A stretch of 64,000 nt of DNA, from NCBI GenBank assembly GCA_964552475.1, contig CAZKFZ010000001.1, positions 128,621-192,620 of the forward strand, in the 5' to 3' direction. Under the pieces are notes generated by a model. The model made no database searches and was not told where the DNA came from. It was given only the letters and a program-made list of their open reading frames with translations. The translations under genes were made by a program, and so were the position numbers. Numbering within the stretch: position 1 is the stretch's first letter; each line of letters opens with the position of its first letter. This stretch comes from an uncultured Candidatus Saccharibacteria bacterium. GTDB taxonomy: Bacteria; Patescibacteriota; Saccharimonadia; CAILAD01; BJGX01. This document shows, one piece after another, positions 19,622-29,547 of the stretch.

Positions 19622-21064
19622 ATGCAGTGTCAAGATTGTGATGCCAAGGATCAAGTTACAATAGCAGGAAAAACATTCTGTGCGAATTGTGGTACTCCAA
19701 CGCTCATACAAAATCCTAGTACTACTGGATCATCTCAAACCGCCCCTGCGACTAATCCAGGAGCTGTCCAGCCTGATCCGCAACAGGTAATTAGTAGCAA
19801 CTCTCTTAACGAAAATGATTTAGCTGATGAGCTTACAAATAGTTTGCGTAAACAGTCTCCGATTGTATTTGGTCCTCAACCACAACAAACACCTAAAGAT
19901 ATAAATACTGTACCTGCGCCGTCTTCATCAAGCTTAAACTCTATAAACAATCAGCTTTGGGCTGATAAAACTGCACAAGCTTCAACTCAGCCAAACCAAG
20001 CTGAAACTATTACACCCCAGCCAGATTCTGCACTTAAACCCTCTAATCTACCAAATAACGAACAAAACAGCGAATTTACTTCGCTTGATAATAAAGAAGA
20101 GAGTGTCTTTAGCGATTCTCAGCTAAAAGAATTGGCAAGCATGCCCAACCCAATAGAGCAGACATCTCAAAATAGCGCCAATAATACAATAGCCCCGAGC
20201 CTAAGTACTCCGCAACAGACTGTCCAGCCGCCGCAAAATTCTGCAGTACTTAATACTAACGTAACTCCAAAGCAGCCGTCTTCACCAGCACAAGTTAAGC
20301 CAATGCAAGATATTACTTCGTCTGGCGGCCAATCACCCCAACCCAACACATCTGTAGATACCCGCCCTAGTAAGCAAAAAGTTACAGGCCAATATCTTGG
20401 TGCCCAAGCTAATTCCATAACCAGTGCAACTTCTACAGCATCATATTTATCTAAACCATCTCCTCAACCTTCGGCAAACACCACCGCAGCCACACCGCCC
20501 ACCAGTAATGTAGCGCCCAGTGCAGTCAAGACAGATACGACTCCATCAGCTAGCACATTTACTAGCAATGTAGCACAAGTAAGCAAGAAAGATAAGGTAA
20601 AGAGCATTGGCGGAAAAGCTGCTAGTGTCGGACTTACTTTAACTGGACTAGTTCTACTTGGGGTATATGTTTGGCAAATCAATTACCCTAATTTAGCACT
20701 CAAAGTTGCTAGTTCAAAGGCAGGTATTAATGCTTCTTTACCAGCTTATGTACCTTCGGGCTGGAAGGTTTCTGGAGATATTCAGGCCAATCCTGGTGGT
20801 GTAGTTTACGATATTAAGTCGCCAGATGGTGCAAAGACTATCTCGGTTAATGAAGAGCGTACTGATTGGGATTCACAAGCTTTAGCCGAAAACTACCTTA
20901 GTACAAAAACCAAGAAATATACTACTTTGCAATCCGAAGGTCTAACTATCTATATATATGGCAACAACCAAGCAAGCTGGATAAACCATGGTACCTGGTA
21001 TAGAATTGAAGGTAATCATGGTCTAACGCAAGAGCAAATTATTAAAATGGCCACAAGTTTGTAA
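19622..21064 (+). CDS. Zinc-ribbon membrane protein with long disordered P/S/T/Q-rich linker and C-terminal extracytoplasmic domain
   Basis: N-terminal CxxC-x13-CxxC (MQCQDCDAKDQVTIAGKTFCANCG), ~300 aa low-complexity linker, one TM (AASVGLTLTGLVLLGVYVW), and a ~130-aa globular C-terminus. Confidence 0.5.
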   Translation: MQCQDCDAKDQVTIAGKTFCANCGTPTLIQNPSTTGSSQTAPATNPGAVQPDPQQVISSNSLNENDLADELTNSLRKQSPIVFGPQPQQTPKDINTVPAPSSSSLNSINNQLWADKTAQASTQPNQAETITPQPDSALKPSNLPNNEQNSEFTSLDNKEESVFSDSQLKELASMPNPIEQTSQNSANNTIAPSLSTPQQTVQPPQNSAVLNTNVTPKQPSSPAQVKPMQDITSSGGQSPQPNTSVDTRPSKQKVTGQYLGAQANSITSATSTASYLSKPSPQPSANTTAATPPTSNVAPSAVKTDTTPSASTFTSNVAQVSKKDKVKSIGGKAASVGLTLTGLVLLGVYVWQINYPNLALKVASSKAGINASLPAYVPSGWKVSGDIQANPGGVVYDIKSPDGAKTISVNEERTDWDSQALAENYLSTKTKKYTTLQSEGLTIYIYGNNQASWINHGTWYRIEGNHGLTQEQIIKMATSL

Positions 21065-21075
21065 AGGGGTTAGTA

Positions 21076-21411
21076 GTGAGTGATAAAGCCTGGGAAGAAT
21101 TAACCGATTTAATTGATAAAAAATACCAAATAGATCTTACCGATCGTATCGTTGAGAAATTAGAGGACAACCCTAGCTTCAAAAAAACAATTGAACGTAT
21201 TGAGTTTGAAAAAGACAATACAAAATATCGAATTGATAGGGTCGAGAGTCCGATGATTATTGATAAAAAAACCCACTATCATCATCGCGGTTCCGCAAAT
21301 AGGATAGAATATGTTTACGACCCTGAAGAAACTACCACCAAAGTTTTCTTCTATCAACGTCTTGCCGATGGACATTACAACGAAATCTCGCCAGAATCTA
21401 TGCTTAGCTAG
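21076..21411 (+). CDS. Hypothetical protein (111 aa, GTG start)
   Basis: GTG 21076 preceded by AAAGGGG Shine-Dalgarno; no recognisable motif. Confidence 0.4.
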   Translation: MSDKAWEELTDLIDKKYQIDLTDRIVEKLEDNPSFKKTIERIEFEKDNTKYRIDRVESPMIIDKKTHYHHRGSANRIEYVYDPEETTTKVFFYQRLADGHYNEISPESMLS

Positions 21412-21444
21412 GTTAGTATGTTTTTTTCAGGTATAATCTAGTGT

Positions 21445-22920
21445 ATGAACAAACCTGTGAGAACTCGATTTGCGCCTAGCCCAACTGGCCTGCTACATAT
21501 TGGAGGCGTACGCACAGCACTTTTTGCTTACCTTTTTGCAAAATCAAATAATGGCACTTTCATTCTTCGGCTTGAAGACACCGATAGAGAAAGGTTTGTT
21601 GAAAACGGAGTAGAGCAAATTATTAAGAGCTTGGATTGGGTGGGAATACATCCAGATGAAGGCGTATGGTATCAAGATAAACCTGGTAATCACGGGCCCT
21701 ATGTGCAGTCGAAAAGACTTGACCATTACCAGAGTTTTGCAAATCAACTTGTTGACCAAGGCTTGGCATACTATAGCTATATATCTAAAGAAAGTTTTTC
21801 AAGTTATAAACAAGATGCCATTAATAATAAGAGACCATTTGTTTATCGGAAAAATTTAGAAATAGAATACCATGATGGCGCAGTAAGTATAGATAATTCT
21901 ATAAAATATCCTATTCGACTTGATATTGTTGCTATTCAAGAAAAATTTATTAATCAAAAACACCCTTTCTTACATGAAAGGGTAGACTGGGATGATGAGG
22001 TAAGAGATATGTTTTCGAGCGGATATTTTGAGATTGATGATTTTGTTATTATGAAAGCTGATGGATATCCAACTTATAACTTTGCCAACGTTGTCGATGA
22101 CCATCTAATGCAAATTACCCATGTTATTAGAGGTGATGAATTTATAAGTACCACTGCGAAACACGCTTTACTATATGACGTTTTTAGTTGGGAAAGGCCG
22201 AAGTTCATACATTTAGCTTCAATACTAGGGCCAGATGGTAAAAAGAAGCTCAGCAAGCGTGATGGCGATGTTAATGTACTAGAGTACAAAGCCAAAGGTT
22301 ATTTGCCAGAAGCGCTCATTAACTTTTTAGCACTCTTGGGCTGGAACGACGGAACAGAACAAGAGCTTTTCAGTATTGAGGAACTGATTGATAAGTTTGA
22401 TATCGGCAGAATACAAAAAAGCCCAGCGCGATTCGATATAGGTAGGCTTAATTGGATGAATGGGGAATATATTCGTACTATGAGTTATGACGAGTTACTT
22501 GACAAGCTCAGCACGTTTTTACCAAAAGATTGGTATGAAGACAGAGAGTACCTTAAAAAGGTCTTAAAGCTCGACAAAGACCGTATTAAGACACTATCTG
22601 AGGCTCAGTATGTAATGGAAATATTCTTTGAAACTCCAAAAGTTGATCAAAAGCTGCTAACTGACAAAGATGAACTTAACGATATCAGAGCGTGGCTCAA
22701 AGAAAGTAGCGAAGTACTGCAAGGCTGTGAGTTTGAACATGATAAACTCGAGCAAGCTATTCGTGATCTGACTGAGAAGTTGGGTATTAAAACAGGGCAA
22801 CTATTCTATGCTCTACGCATTGCTCTTACTGGCCGTACTGAGGCACCGGGGTTATTTGATATCATGCTAACATTAGGCAAAGAAGAGACTCTTAAGCGAA
22901 TTAAGATGGTAATCAAATAA
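21445..22920 (+). CDS. gltX: Glutamyl-tRNA synthetase
   Basis: HIGH-type motif PSPTGLLHIGGVRTALFAY and KMSKS-type motif KKLSKRDG; 491 aa. TATAAT at 21432-21437 only 7 nt before the ATG suggests a leaderless transcript. Confidence 0.9.
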   Translation: MNKPVRTRFAPSPTGLLHIGGVRTALFAYLFAKSNNGTFILRLEDTDRERFVENGVEQIIKSLDWVGIHPDEGVWYQDKPGNHGPYVQSKRLDHYQSFANQLVDQGLAYYSYISKESFSSYKQDAINNKRPFVYRKNLEIEYHDGAVSIDNSIKYPIRLDIVAIQEKFINQKHPFLHERVDWDDEVRDMFSSGYFEIDDFVIMKADGYPTYNFANVVDDHLMQITHVIRGDEFISTTAKHALLYDVFSWERPKFIHLASILGPDGKKKLSKRDGDVNVLEYKAKGYLPEALINFLALLGWNDGTEQELFSIEELIDKFDIGRIQKSPARFDIGRLNWMNGEYIRTMSYDELLDKLSTFLPKDWYEDREYLKKVLKLDKDRIKTLSEAQYVMEIFFETPKVDQKLLTDKDELNDIRAWLKESSEVLQGCEFEHDKLEQAIRDLTEKLGIKTGQLFYALRIALTGRTEAPGLFDIMLTLGKEETLKRIKMVIK

Positions 22921-22922
22921 GT

Positions 22923-23570
22923 ATGGTTTTAGAAGTTCCACAACTTTTACAAGAAAAACATAGTACAAATTGCCAGGCAGTTTGTATACAAATGATTCTT
23001 CATTACTACCAAGATATGGTCACTATAGATGAGATTATGAATGGACTTAAGCCGTACTTGATACATGAGACTGGTATGCATAGTCAGGGTCCTGCTATAT
23101 GGCTGGCAGAGCGAGGATATGATGTTACATATATTGCTCATGATCTTGGTGTAATTGATAAGGATACAGAGCATCTAACAGAAAAGAATGGTTCAAAAAT
23201 ACTAGAGGCTAAACTATTGGAGATACCAAATCAACCTAATCACTATAGACGAGAGAAGATTGAACTAGATATTCAAGTATTAAAGTCTGGAGTGAAATAT
23301 AGTAACGAGATTCCGTCTCTTGACTTATTGGATGATACTCTAAATTATAGTATTCCAGTAAAACTTGGTGTAAAAGCTAGTGGGTTGTTTGCGAACCCAA
23401 AGAATAATAGTAATCACTCAATTGTAGTTGTAGGGAAAGTTCGAGACGAGTACATTATTAATGACCCAAATCCTTTCCATGGACCACGATATTCTATTAA
23501 TAAGAATCAGTTGCTTATGGCTTGGTATCTGAACGGCGCACGAACATTAGTAGTAAAACCAAAAAAATAG
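22923..23570 (+). CDS. Hypothetical protein, possibly papain-fold cysteine peptidase (C39-like)
   Basis: Cys-containing N-terminal segment (STNCQAVCIQMILHYY) and a downstream His (NHSIVVVG...NDPNP), compatible with a Cys-His papain-like fold; weak. Confidence 0.3.
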   Translation: MVLEVPQLLQEKHSTNCQAVCIQMILHYYQDMVTIDEIMNGLKPYLIHETGMHSQGPAIWLAERGYDVTYIAHDLGVIDKDTEHLTEKNGSKILEAKLLEIPNQPNHYRREKIELDIQVLKSGVKYSNEIPSLDLLDDTLNYSIPVKLGVKASGLFANPKNNSNHSIVVVGKVRDEYIINDPNPFHGPRYSINKNQLLMAWYLNGARTLVVKPKK

Positions 23571-23571
23571 G

Positions 23572-24606
23572 CTAGTTCCAGTCTAAAGTGCCACCAGTTT
23601 GGTATTCTGTAACTCGAGTTTCGAAAAAGTTTTTCTCTTTACTTAGATCTACGGCTTCACTCATCCATGGAAAAGGATTTTTTACATTGTATTGCTTAGG
23701 TAGGCCCACGGCACTTAAGCGTCTGTCGGCGATATATTCAATGTATTGCTTAAAGCCGTCGGCATTCATACCAAATATACCACGCGGAAACACATCTCGA
23801 GCATATTTATATTCAAGTTCGGCAGACTGCTTCACTAAATCAACAATATGATTTTGAAAGTCTTTTGTCCATAGTTCTGGCTGCTCGTCTTTAATCGTAT
23901 TTATAAGGTTGATACCAAAGTTAAGGTGCTGAGATTCATCTCGCATAATATATTGAATTTGTTCCGCCGAACCCACTAATTTATTTTGACGCTGAAAACC
24001 AAATATCACAGCAAAGCTCGAGTAAAAGAATATGCCTTCTAAAATAAGAGAGAAGACACAAAGATTCTCTAGAAATTTTTGGTCATTTTTTAAAGTCCCA
24101 GTTTTAAAATTACTATCAAAGATTCCTTCGTTAAAGCTTAGTATGAATGAGGCTTTAGAGTGATGAGAGGCGTTCTCTCTGTACATATTAAATATTTCAC
24201 CACCATCCAAACCTAGACTCTCAACGATATATTGATAAGCGTGTGTGTGAATTGCCTCTTCGTAGGCTTGTCGTAATAGATACATACGGCATTCTGGGCT
24301 AGTAATGTGCTCATAAAGAGCTAACACAATGTTGTTAGCAGCAATTGAGTCTGCGGTAGTGAAAAACCCCAAAGCAGTTTTAAAGGCCAGTCTCTCGTCT
24401 TCGGTAAGCTTGTCGGATTTCCAAAGCTCTATATCGTCTTGCATAGCTATTTCGGTTGGTAGCCAGTGATTTGCGTTACCAACCAAGTAGGTATCCCACG
24501 CAAAAGTATGTTTCATAGGGTGTAGTTGTACAACATCTACATCTTCACCATTAATTATGCGTCGTTTATTTACGTCTGGTCTTTTTTTAGTCATATTGAT
24601 TGGCAC
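23572..24606 (-). CDS. nrdB: Ribonucleotide reductase class I small (beta, R2) subunit
   Basis: Ferritin-like di-iron motifs (EEAIHTHAY, EGIFFYSSFA). GTG start at 24606 is supported by an AAGGAG Shine-Dalgarno; the track's internal ATG at 24594 lacks one. Confidence 0.9.
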   Translation of the reverse strand: MPINMTKKRPDVNKRRIINGEDVDVVQLHPMKHTFAWDTYLVGNANHWLPTEIAMQDDIELWKSDKLTEDERLAFKTALGFFTTADSIAANNIVLALYEHITSPECRMYLLRQAYEEAIHTHAYQYIVESLGLDGGEIFNMYRENASHHSKASFILSFNEGIFDSNFKTGTLKNDQKFLENLCVFSLILEGIFFYSSFAVIFGFQRQNKLVGSAEQIQYIMRDESQHLNFGINLINTIKDEQPELWTKDFQNHIVDLVKQSAELEYKYARDVFPRGIFGMNADGFKQYIEYIADRRLSAVGLPKQYNVKNPFPWMSEAVDLSKEKNFFETRVTEYQTGGTLDWN

Positions 24607-24631
24607 TTTTTATCTCCTTAATTTGTTTTAT

Positions 24632-27412
24632 TTATTGACAAGCTTCACAATCTTCACTGTCTACAGAACATATGTTTGTAGATTTTTTTACCGATGGAGT
24701 AGGGGCATTTTGTGCGACAGTACTAAACTCACGTTTATGTGTGTTTCCATACTTTGCGGTATCAACAGTGGACTTTTCTACTTGAGAAATTGCTAAAGAT
24801 CTTAAGTAGTAGGTAGTTTTTAATCCTATTTTCCAGGCGTAAGTATAAATATCTGAGAGGTTCTTTCCTGACACTCCTTGCACAAAAATATTCAAACTTT
24901 GACTCTGGTCTATCCACTTGCCTCTGTGTGCAGCAATTTTTATTAACCATTCTGGACCTATTTCGAACACCTCTTGATACTTTTCTCTTATTTCTGCTGG
25001 TATCTCAGTGATTTTCTGGATTGATCCGTCATAGAATTTCACCTTATTCATTATCTCGTCGTTCCAGAGATTATTTTTCTTTAAATCTTCAATTAAATAA
25101 GAGTTTACTACGGTAAAATCACCACTCATATTTGATTTTACATAAAGGTTTTTGTAGATTGGCTCAATACAAGGGTAGCATCCAGAGATATTTGAGATTG
25201 ATGCGGTGGGAGCAATAGCCATAGTATTGCTGTTGCGCATACCATATTTTTTTACGTGAGCGCGTACTTCTTTCCAGTCTAACTTACCTTGGCGCTTTAC
25301 ATCTATTTTTATTCCTCGTTCTTTTTCTAACATATCAATGGTATCTACAGGAAAAATACCCCTATCCCACTTAGAGCCCTTGTAAGATTTATAAGCACCA
25401 CGTTCTTTAGCAAGCTTACTAGAGCCTAGTATGGCATAATAACTAATCAGTTCCATACTTTCGTCGCCAAACTTAACTGCCTTATCTGAACTAAAAGGAC
25501 AGTTCATTAGATAGAGTGCGTCTTGAAAACCCATAATACCCAGGCCCACTGGACGATGACGCATGTTAGATACCTTACATTCGCTAGTGGTGTAGTAATT
25601 AATATCAATAACATTATCAAGCATCCTCATAGCAACTTCTACAGTTTCTGCAATAAGTTCTCGGTTGAGTTTACCACTCTGCATATGACGAGCTAAGTTA
25701 ACCGAACCTAGATTGCACACAGCCGTTTCGTCGGCAGAGTTATTTAAGGTTATCTCGGTACAAAGATTGGAATTGTGTATTACGCCGGTGTGATCTTGGG
25801 GTGAGCGAACGTTACATGCATCCTTAAAATTGATCCAGGGGTGACCAGTTTCAAACAGCATAGTAAGCATTTTGCGCCAAAGCTGAATTGCAGGAATTCT
25901 CTTAAAAAGTTCAATCTTACCTTCATCAGCTAGCTTCTCATATTCTAAATATTTTTCTTCAAAAGCTTTACCATATAAATGGTGTAGTTCCGGAACATCA
26001 TTAGGTGAAAATAGTGTCCATTCTTCATTCAACTCTACTCGTTTCATAAAAAGATCAGGTATCCAGTTTGCCGTGTTCATATCGTGGGTGCGACGACGCT
26101 CGTCACCAGTATTTTTACGAAGTTCCAGAAAATCTTCAATGTCTAAGTGCCAGGTTTCTAGATAAACACAGGTAGCACCTTTACGCTTTCCTGATCGTGA
26201 TATAGCAACCGTAGTGTCATTGGCAATTTTTAAAAACGGAATAACCCCTTGAGAAGGGATGTTTACGGTTTTTATAAGTGAGCCTGTAGAGCGGATATTG
26301 CTCCAATCTGTAGCAATACCACCAGAGAATTTACTCATTAGAGCGGTGTCTAAATAGACTTTAAAAATATGCTTAAGGTCGTCTTCGACAGTGTTTAAGA
26401 AGCACGAACTTAGCTGTGCAAATGTAGTACCTGAATGAAATAGGGTAGGAGTTGATGGTACATAGCGAAGAGTAGATAGGATATCATAAAATTTCTTAGC
26501 CCAAGTGTTTTGGTCGGTCTTTTTTTCTAGCACACATAGCCCCATAGCTATGCGCATCCAAAAAATTTGTGGAGCCTCTAATCTTACTCCGCGACCTTCG
26601 GACTGTACGAAGTAGCGATCATGTAGCATGTCTAGACCCATGTAGTCAAAAAGCTTGTCCTTTTCTGGATCAATATAGTCAGCTAATTCATCTAAATCAA
26701 AGCTGAGTAGTCTTTTGTCGAGACGACCATCTTTAACAGTATTGGTTATAAAATTCTTAAAAGTATCTTTGTATGCTTGCGGAACTTCGGTTTCAGCATC
26801 GGTGCCCAAAACCTCGCGATATATTTTTTTACGAAGTAGCTGGGCGGCAAGAGTGGAATAGGCGTGATCTTTCTCAATACTTGAAGTTGCAGCCATTATG
26901 AGGGCGTCTTGTAGTTCTTCAAGGGTAATTCCATCGTATAGATTACTCTTAGCATACTGAGCTAGTTCGTCTAGATCAACGGAGTCTTCTAGGCCTTCGG
27001 CGGCTTCTACTAAGTTTTTAATGAGACGAGAATAGCTAAAGTAATCTATACTGCCGTCTGTTAGGGTGACTTTTAACTCATTGTGCTCTAGTTTTTCAGC
27101 CGATCTAGATACTTCAGCCTGCCTCATAGCCTTATGTTGTTCGCGATATAAAATATAACTTCTAGCCGTCTTGTAGTAGTCGGCACGCATTAGTTCTTGT
27201 TCCACTAGGTCTTGAATGGTTTCTACTTCTGGTACGGCATCACCAATAATAGATTCCATATGCGATACTATATCGTCGACTAAACGAGGGATAGTAGTAG
27301 CCGGTATCTCACCGTCAACCGAGTCGCTGGCTTTCTGAATAGCTAATATTATACGACCAGGCTCAAAGTCTACAACTTGGCCGTTGCGCTTTTTGATATT
27401 AGTTATAGTCAT
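24632..27412 (-). CDS. nrdA: Ribonucleotide reductase class I large (alpha, R1) subunit with N-terminal ATP-cone
   Basis: ATP-cone (IKKRNGQVVDFEPGRI), active-site region CNLGSVNL and a C-terminal Cys pair (EDCEAC). AAGGAGG Shine-Dalgarno upstream of ATG 27412. Confidence 0.95.
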   Translation of the reverse strand: MTITNIKKRNGQVVDFEPGRIILAIQKASDSVDGEIPATTIPRLVDDIVSHMESIIGDAVPEVETIQDLVEQELMRADYYKTARSYILYREQHKAMRQAEVSRSAEKLEHNELKVTLTDGSIDYFSYSRLIKNLVEAAEGLEDSVDLDELAQYAKSNLYDGITLEELQDALIMAATSSIEKDHAYSTLAAQLLRKKIYREVLGTDAETEVPQAYKDTFKNFITNTVKDGRLDKRLLSFDLDELADYIDPEKDKLFDYMGLDMLHDRYFVQSEGRGVRLEAPQIFWMRIAMGLCVLEKKTDQNTWAKKFYDILSTLRYVPSTPTLFHSGTTFAQLSSCFLNTVEDDLKHIFKVYLDTALMSKFSGGIATDWSNIRSTGSLIKTVNIPSQGVIPFLKIANDTTVAISRSGKRKGATCVYLETWHLDIEDFLELRKNTGDERRRTHDMNTANWIPDLFMKRVELNEEWTLFSPNDVPELHHLYGKAFEEKYLEYEKLADEGKIELFKRIPAIQLWRKMLTMLFETGHPWINFKDACNVRSPQDHTGVIHNSNLCTEITLNNSADETAVCNLGSVNLARHMQSGKLNRELIAETVEVAMRMLDNVIDINYYTTSECKVSNMRHRPVGLGIMGFQDALYLMNCPFSSDKAVKFGDESMELISYYAILGSSKLAKERGAYKSYKGSKWDRGIFPVDTIDMLEKERGIKIDVKRQGKLDWKEVRAHVKKYGMRNSNTMAIAPTASISNISGCYPCIEPIYKNLYVKSNMSGDFTVVNSYLIEDLKKNNLWNDEIMNKVKFYDGSIQKITEIPAEIREKYQEVFEIGPEWLIKIAAHRGKWIDQSQSLNIFVQGVSGKNLSDIYTYAWKIGLKTTYYLRSLAISQVEKSTVDTAKYGNTHKREFSTVAQNAPTPSVKKSTNICSVDSEDCEACQ

Positions 27413-27465
27413 ATCCCTTCACCCTCCTTAAAATTTTGATTGATTTTTATTTAACTTATCCATAA

Positions 27466-27513
27466 GCCCATATATAGTGCTTATGTTACATCTAAATACA
27501 CTATATATAGGTA
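27466..27513 (-). promoter_or_regulatory. Two NrdR-box-like palindromes in the nrdA leader
   Basis: Box 1 at 27466-27481 (reverse complement AGCACTATATATGGGC) and box 2 at 27498-27513 (ACACTATATATAGGTA) are related to the NrdR consensus acaCwAtATaTwGtgt. Centres are 32 bp apart, which is the typical tandem NrdR operator geometry. Confidence 0.5.
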
Positions 27514-27582
27514 TTTGTTCTTAGTCAACTAGCTGTATTGCGCCAATAAAACAGACTATTTGATAAAATAGTTACTACGAAC

Positions 27583-27612
27583 ATAATACGAAAATGCCCC
27601 CTATTTTGTCAA
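27583..27612 (-). promoter_or_regulatory. Near-consensus sigma70 promoter on minus strand upstream of nrdA (TTGACA-18 bp-TATTAT)
   Basis: Minus-strand TTGACA (plus 27607-27612) and TATTAT (plus 27583-27588), ~170 nt upstream of the nrdA ATG. Confidence 0.45.
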
Positions 27613-27774
27613 GTGAATTGGCTTAAGCACTAGCGGCAAAGCATTAAGCACCCCACAAAAACAAAAGCTTACGATTAATAATAGCCCAAAACACAAATAT
27701 TTGTCTAGCATTGATATTTTGTGAATTTTAGTTTAAAAATACTATCTACAGATATGAGTTATAGTTTTATGCAA

Positions 27775-29445
27775 CTATACCGAGCTGGCAAATTCTTTAA
27801 TTTCTTCTTTGGCAACTTTCTGCTGATCTTGCTTGAGGGCACCAACGGGTGGTACTTCTAAGTAAAAAGTAGATCCATGATTAAGTTCACTTTCAAACCA
27901 TATTCTAGCCTTAATTCGCTTTGCCAACTTGTCGGTAATATATAGTCCAAGGCCGGTACCTCTGGTTTGTCGTGTTTCAAATGATTCGCTACGGTAGAAC
28001 TTATTAAAAACATTTTTCTTATCACTCGATGCTATACCGATGCCCGTGTCAGCTACAGAAAATATAACTTTGCCGTTTTTACCCTCACTAGCCGAGAGAG
28101 TGATTGTACCTTGTTTGGTGTACTTGAGGGCATTGGAGATAAAGTTTTGAAGGATTTCTTTAATATAGACTTCTGAGCTTAAAAGAGAATTAACGTCACC
28201 AGATTTTTGCATTCTTATTTCTAAACCGGCAGCCTTTGCTTCTGATTCGTAATTCTTGGTAAGTTCTTCTACTAACTCAACGGGGTTGATTAATCCAATA
28301 TGAATAGACAAATCACCATGTTCGGCCTTATCAAGGGTAGCTAAGTCGTTAATGAGGTCACCTAAGAAGATAATGTTTTTATGAGCTTGTTCTAAGAGTT
28401 CTTTGGCGGTTGGGTCGAACTTGTCAGAATAGTTGGGCCGTAGAACGGTGGCGATATCGGCCTCAGTAATAGCAATTGGTGTACGTAACTCGTGTGAAGT
28501 TACCGAGATAAATTCTTTACGTTCGTCCTCTACAGACTTTTCTTTGGTTATATCTCTTAGGGTAATAATAAAACCACCTTCTAAGTTTGTAACCTTAGCG
28601 GAACGTATTGGCGATATATTTGCTACTACATATACATTAACTTTTTCGTTAGAAAAGAAGTGTAAGTCTTTTCGGGTAATCATACGATCTTCGTTTCTGG
28701 ATAGACGTAATAGGTCTACTGGGTTGTTGTTTTCATCTAAAAGCTTTAAATAGTAGTCGATAGGCTTATCCTCAAGTGCGTCATTGGTATTAAAAAGATT
28801 TAGTGTGGCGCCGTTATATAGAGTAATAATACCTTTTTCATCGGTAGCAATAAATGAGTCGGCCATACTATTTATAAGTGAAACCAGGCGAGCATGCTCA
28901 AAAGTGGCGTTTTCGCGTAAGAACCTAGCATCGGCAGCAATAGGCTTACGAAGCATAAGAAGAGCAATATATAGAGTACTTACCATCAAGATTGCATAGT
29001 GCCCAGCAACATGATAGATCTCCATACTGCTAATATCAGGAAATTGGTAATAAGCCGAATATATGGTGATGGCAGTTATAGCTATTGTTCCACCAATATA
29101 ACCCCGCCAACCATACCAGTACATAGCTACAGTCAGGTAGAAAAAGAACAAGAAGTAGTAGGCGCTATCAATAGGGGCAAAGTAGATTAGGAACACTCCA
29201 GCAATAATGAAGTGACCTATCACTATCAGGTACCTTTGTTTGAAATATATATAGAATTTAAACAGTGGCAAAGAAATCAGTACAAAAGTACCAAAAGCGA
29301 GGATGTAAAAATAATTACCTAGACTGTGATTTAAATATTGCCCAAATGCATAATCAAGTGTTACTAACAATAGTAGTAAAGACTGAGATATATACATTGG
29401 GCTATATTCTTGCCAACGAGTTTTTAGGGTTGATTTTTCGTTCAT
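27775..29445 (-). CDS. Sensor histidine kinase (multi-TM N-terminus, PAS-like region, HisKA + HATPase_c)
   Basis: H-box SHELRTPIAITE, G-boxes DTGIGI and GTGLGLYI, and ~6 N-terminal TM helices. Confidence 0.85.
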   Translation of the reverse strand: MNEKSTLKTRWQEYSPMYISQSLLLLLVTLDYAFGQYLNHSLGNYFYILAFGTFVLISLPLFKFYIYFKQRYLIVIGHFIIAGVFLIYFAPIDSAYYFLFFFYLTVAMYWYGWRGYIGGTIAITAITIYSAYYQFPDISSMEIYHVAGHYAILMVSTLYIALLMLRKPIAADARFLRENATFEHARLVSLINSMADSFIATDEKGIITLYNGATLNLFNTNDALEDKPIDYYLKLLDENNNPVDLLRLSRNEDRMITRKDLHFFSNEKVNVYVVANISPIRSAKVTNLEGGFIITLRDITKEKSVEDERKEFISVTSHELRTPIAITEADIATVLRPNYSDKFDPTAKELLEQAHKNIIFLGDLINDLATLDKAEHGDLSIHIGLINPVELVEELTKNYESEAKAAGLEIRMQKSGDVNSLLSSEVYIKEILQNFISNALKYTKQGTITLSASEGKNGKVIFSVADTGIGIASSDKKNVFNKFYRSESFETRQTRGTGLGLYITDKLAKRIKARIWFESELNHGSTFYLEVPPVGALKQDQQKVAKEEIKEFASSV

Positions 29446-29547
29446 GGGGAATGATGTTTGTGAGCTAGCTTCTTATGCTTAACATTATATCCTAATCGCA
29501 ATAATTAATACAAAGTTGTTAAAAGTTTATGCTATAATTTCTAATAT

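Noticed and set aside
24594-24606. Internal ATG 24594 as the nrdB start
   Set aside because: The in-frame GTG at 24606 is preceded by AAGGAG at ideal spacing. The ATG has no ribosome-binding site, and GTG restores four conserved N-terminal residues.
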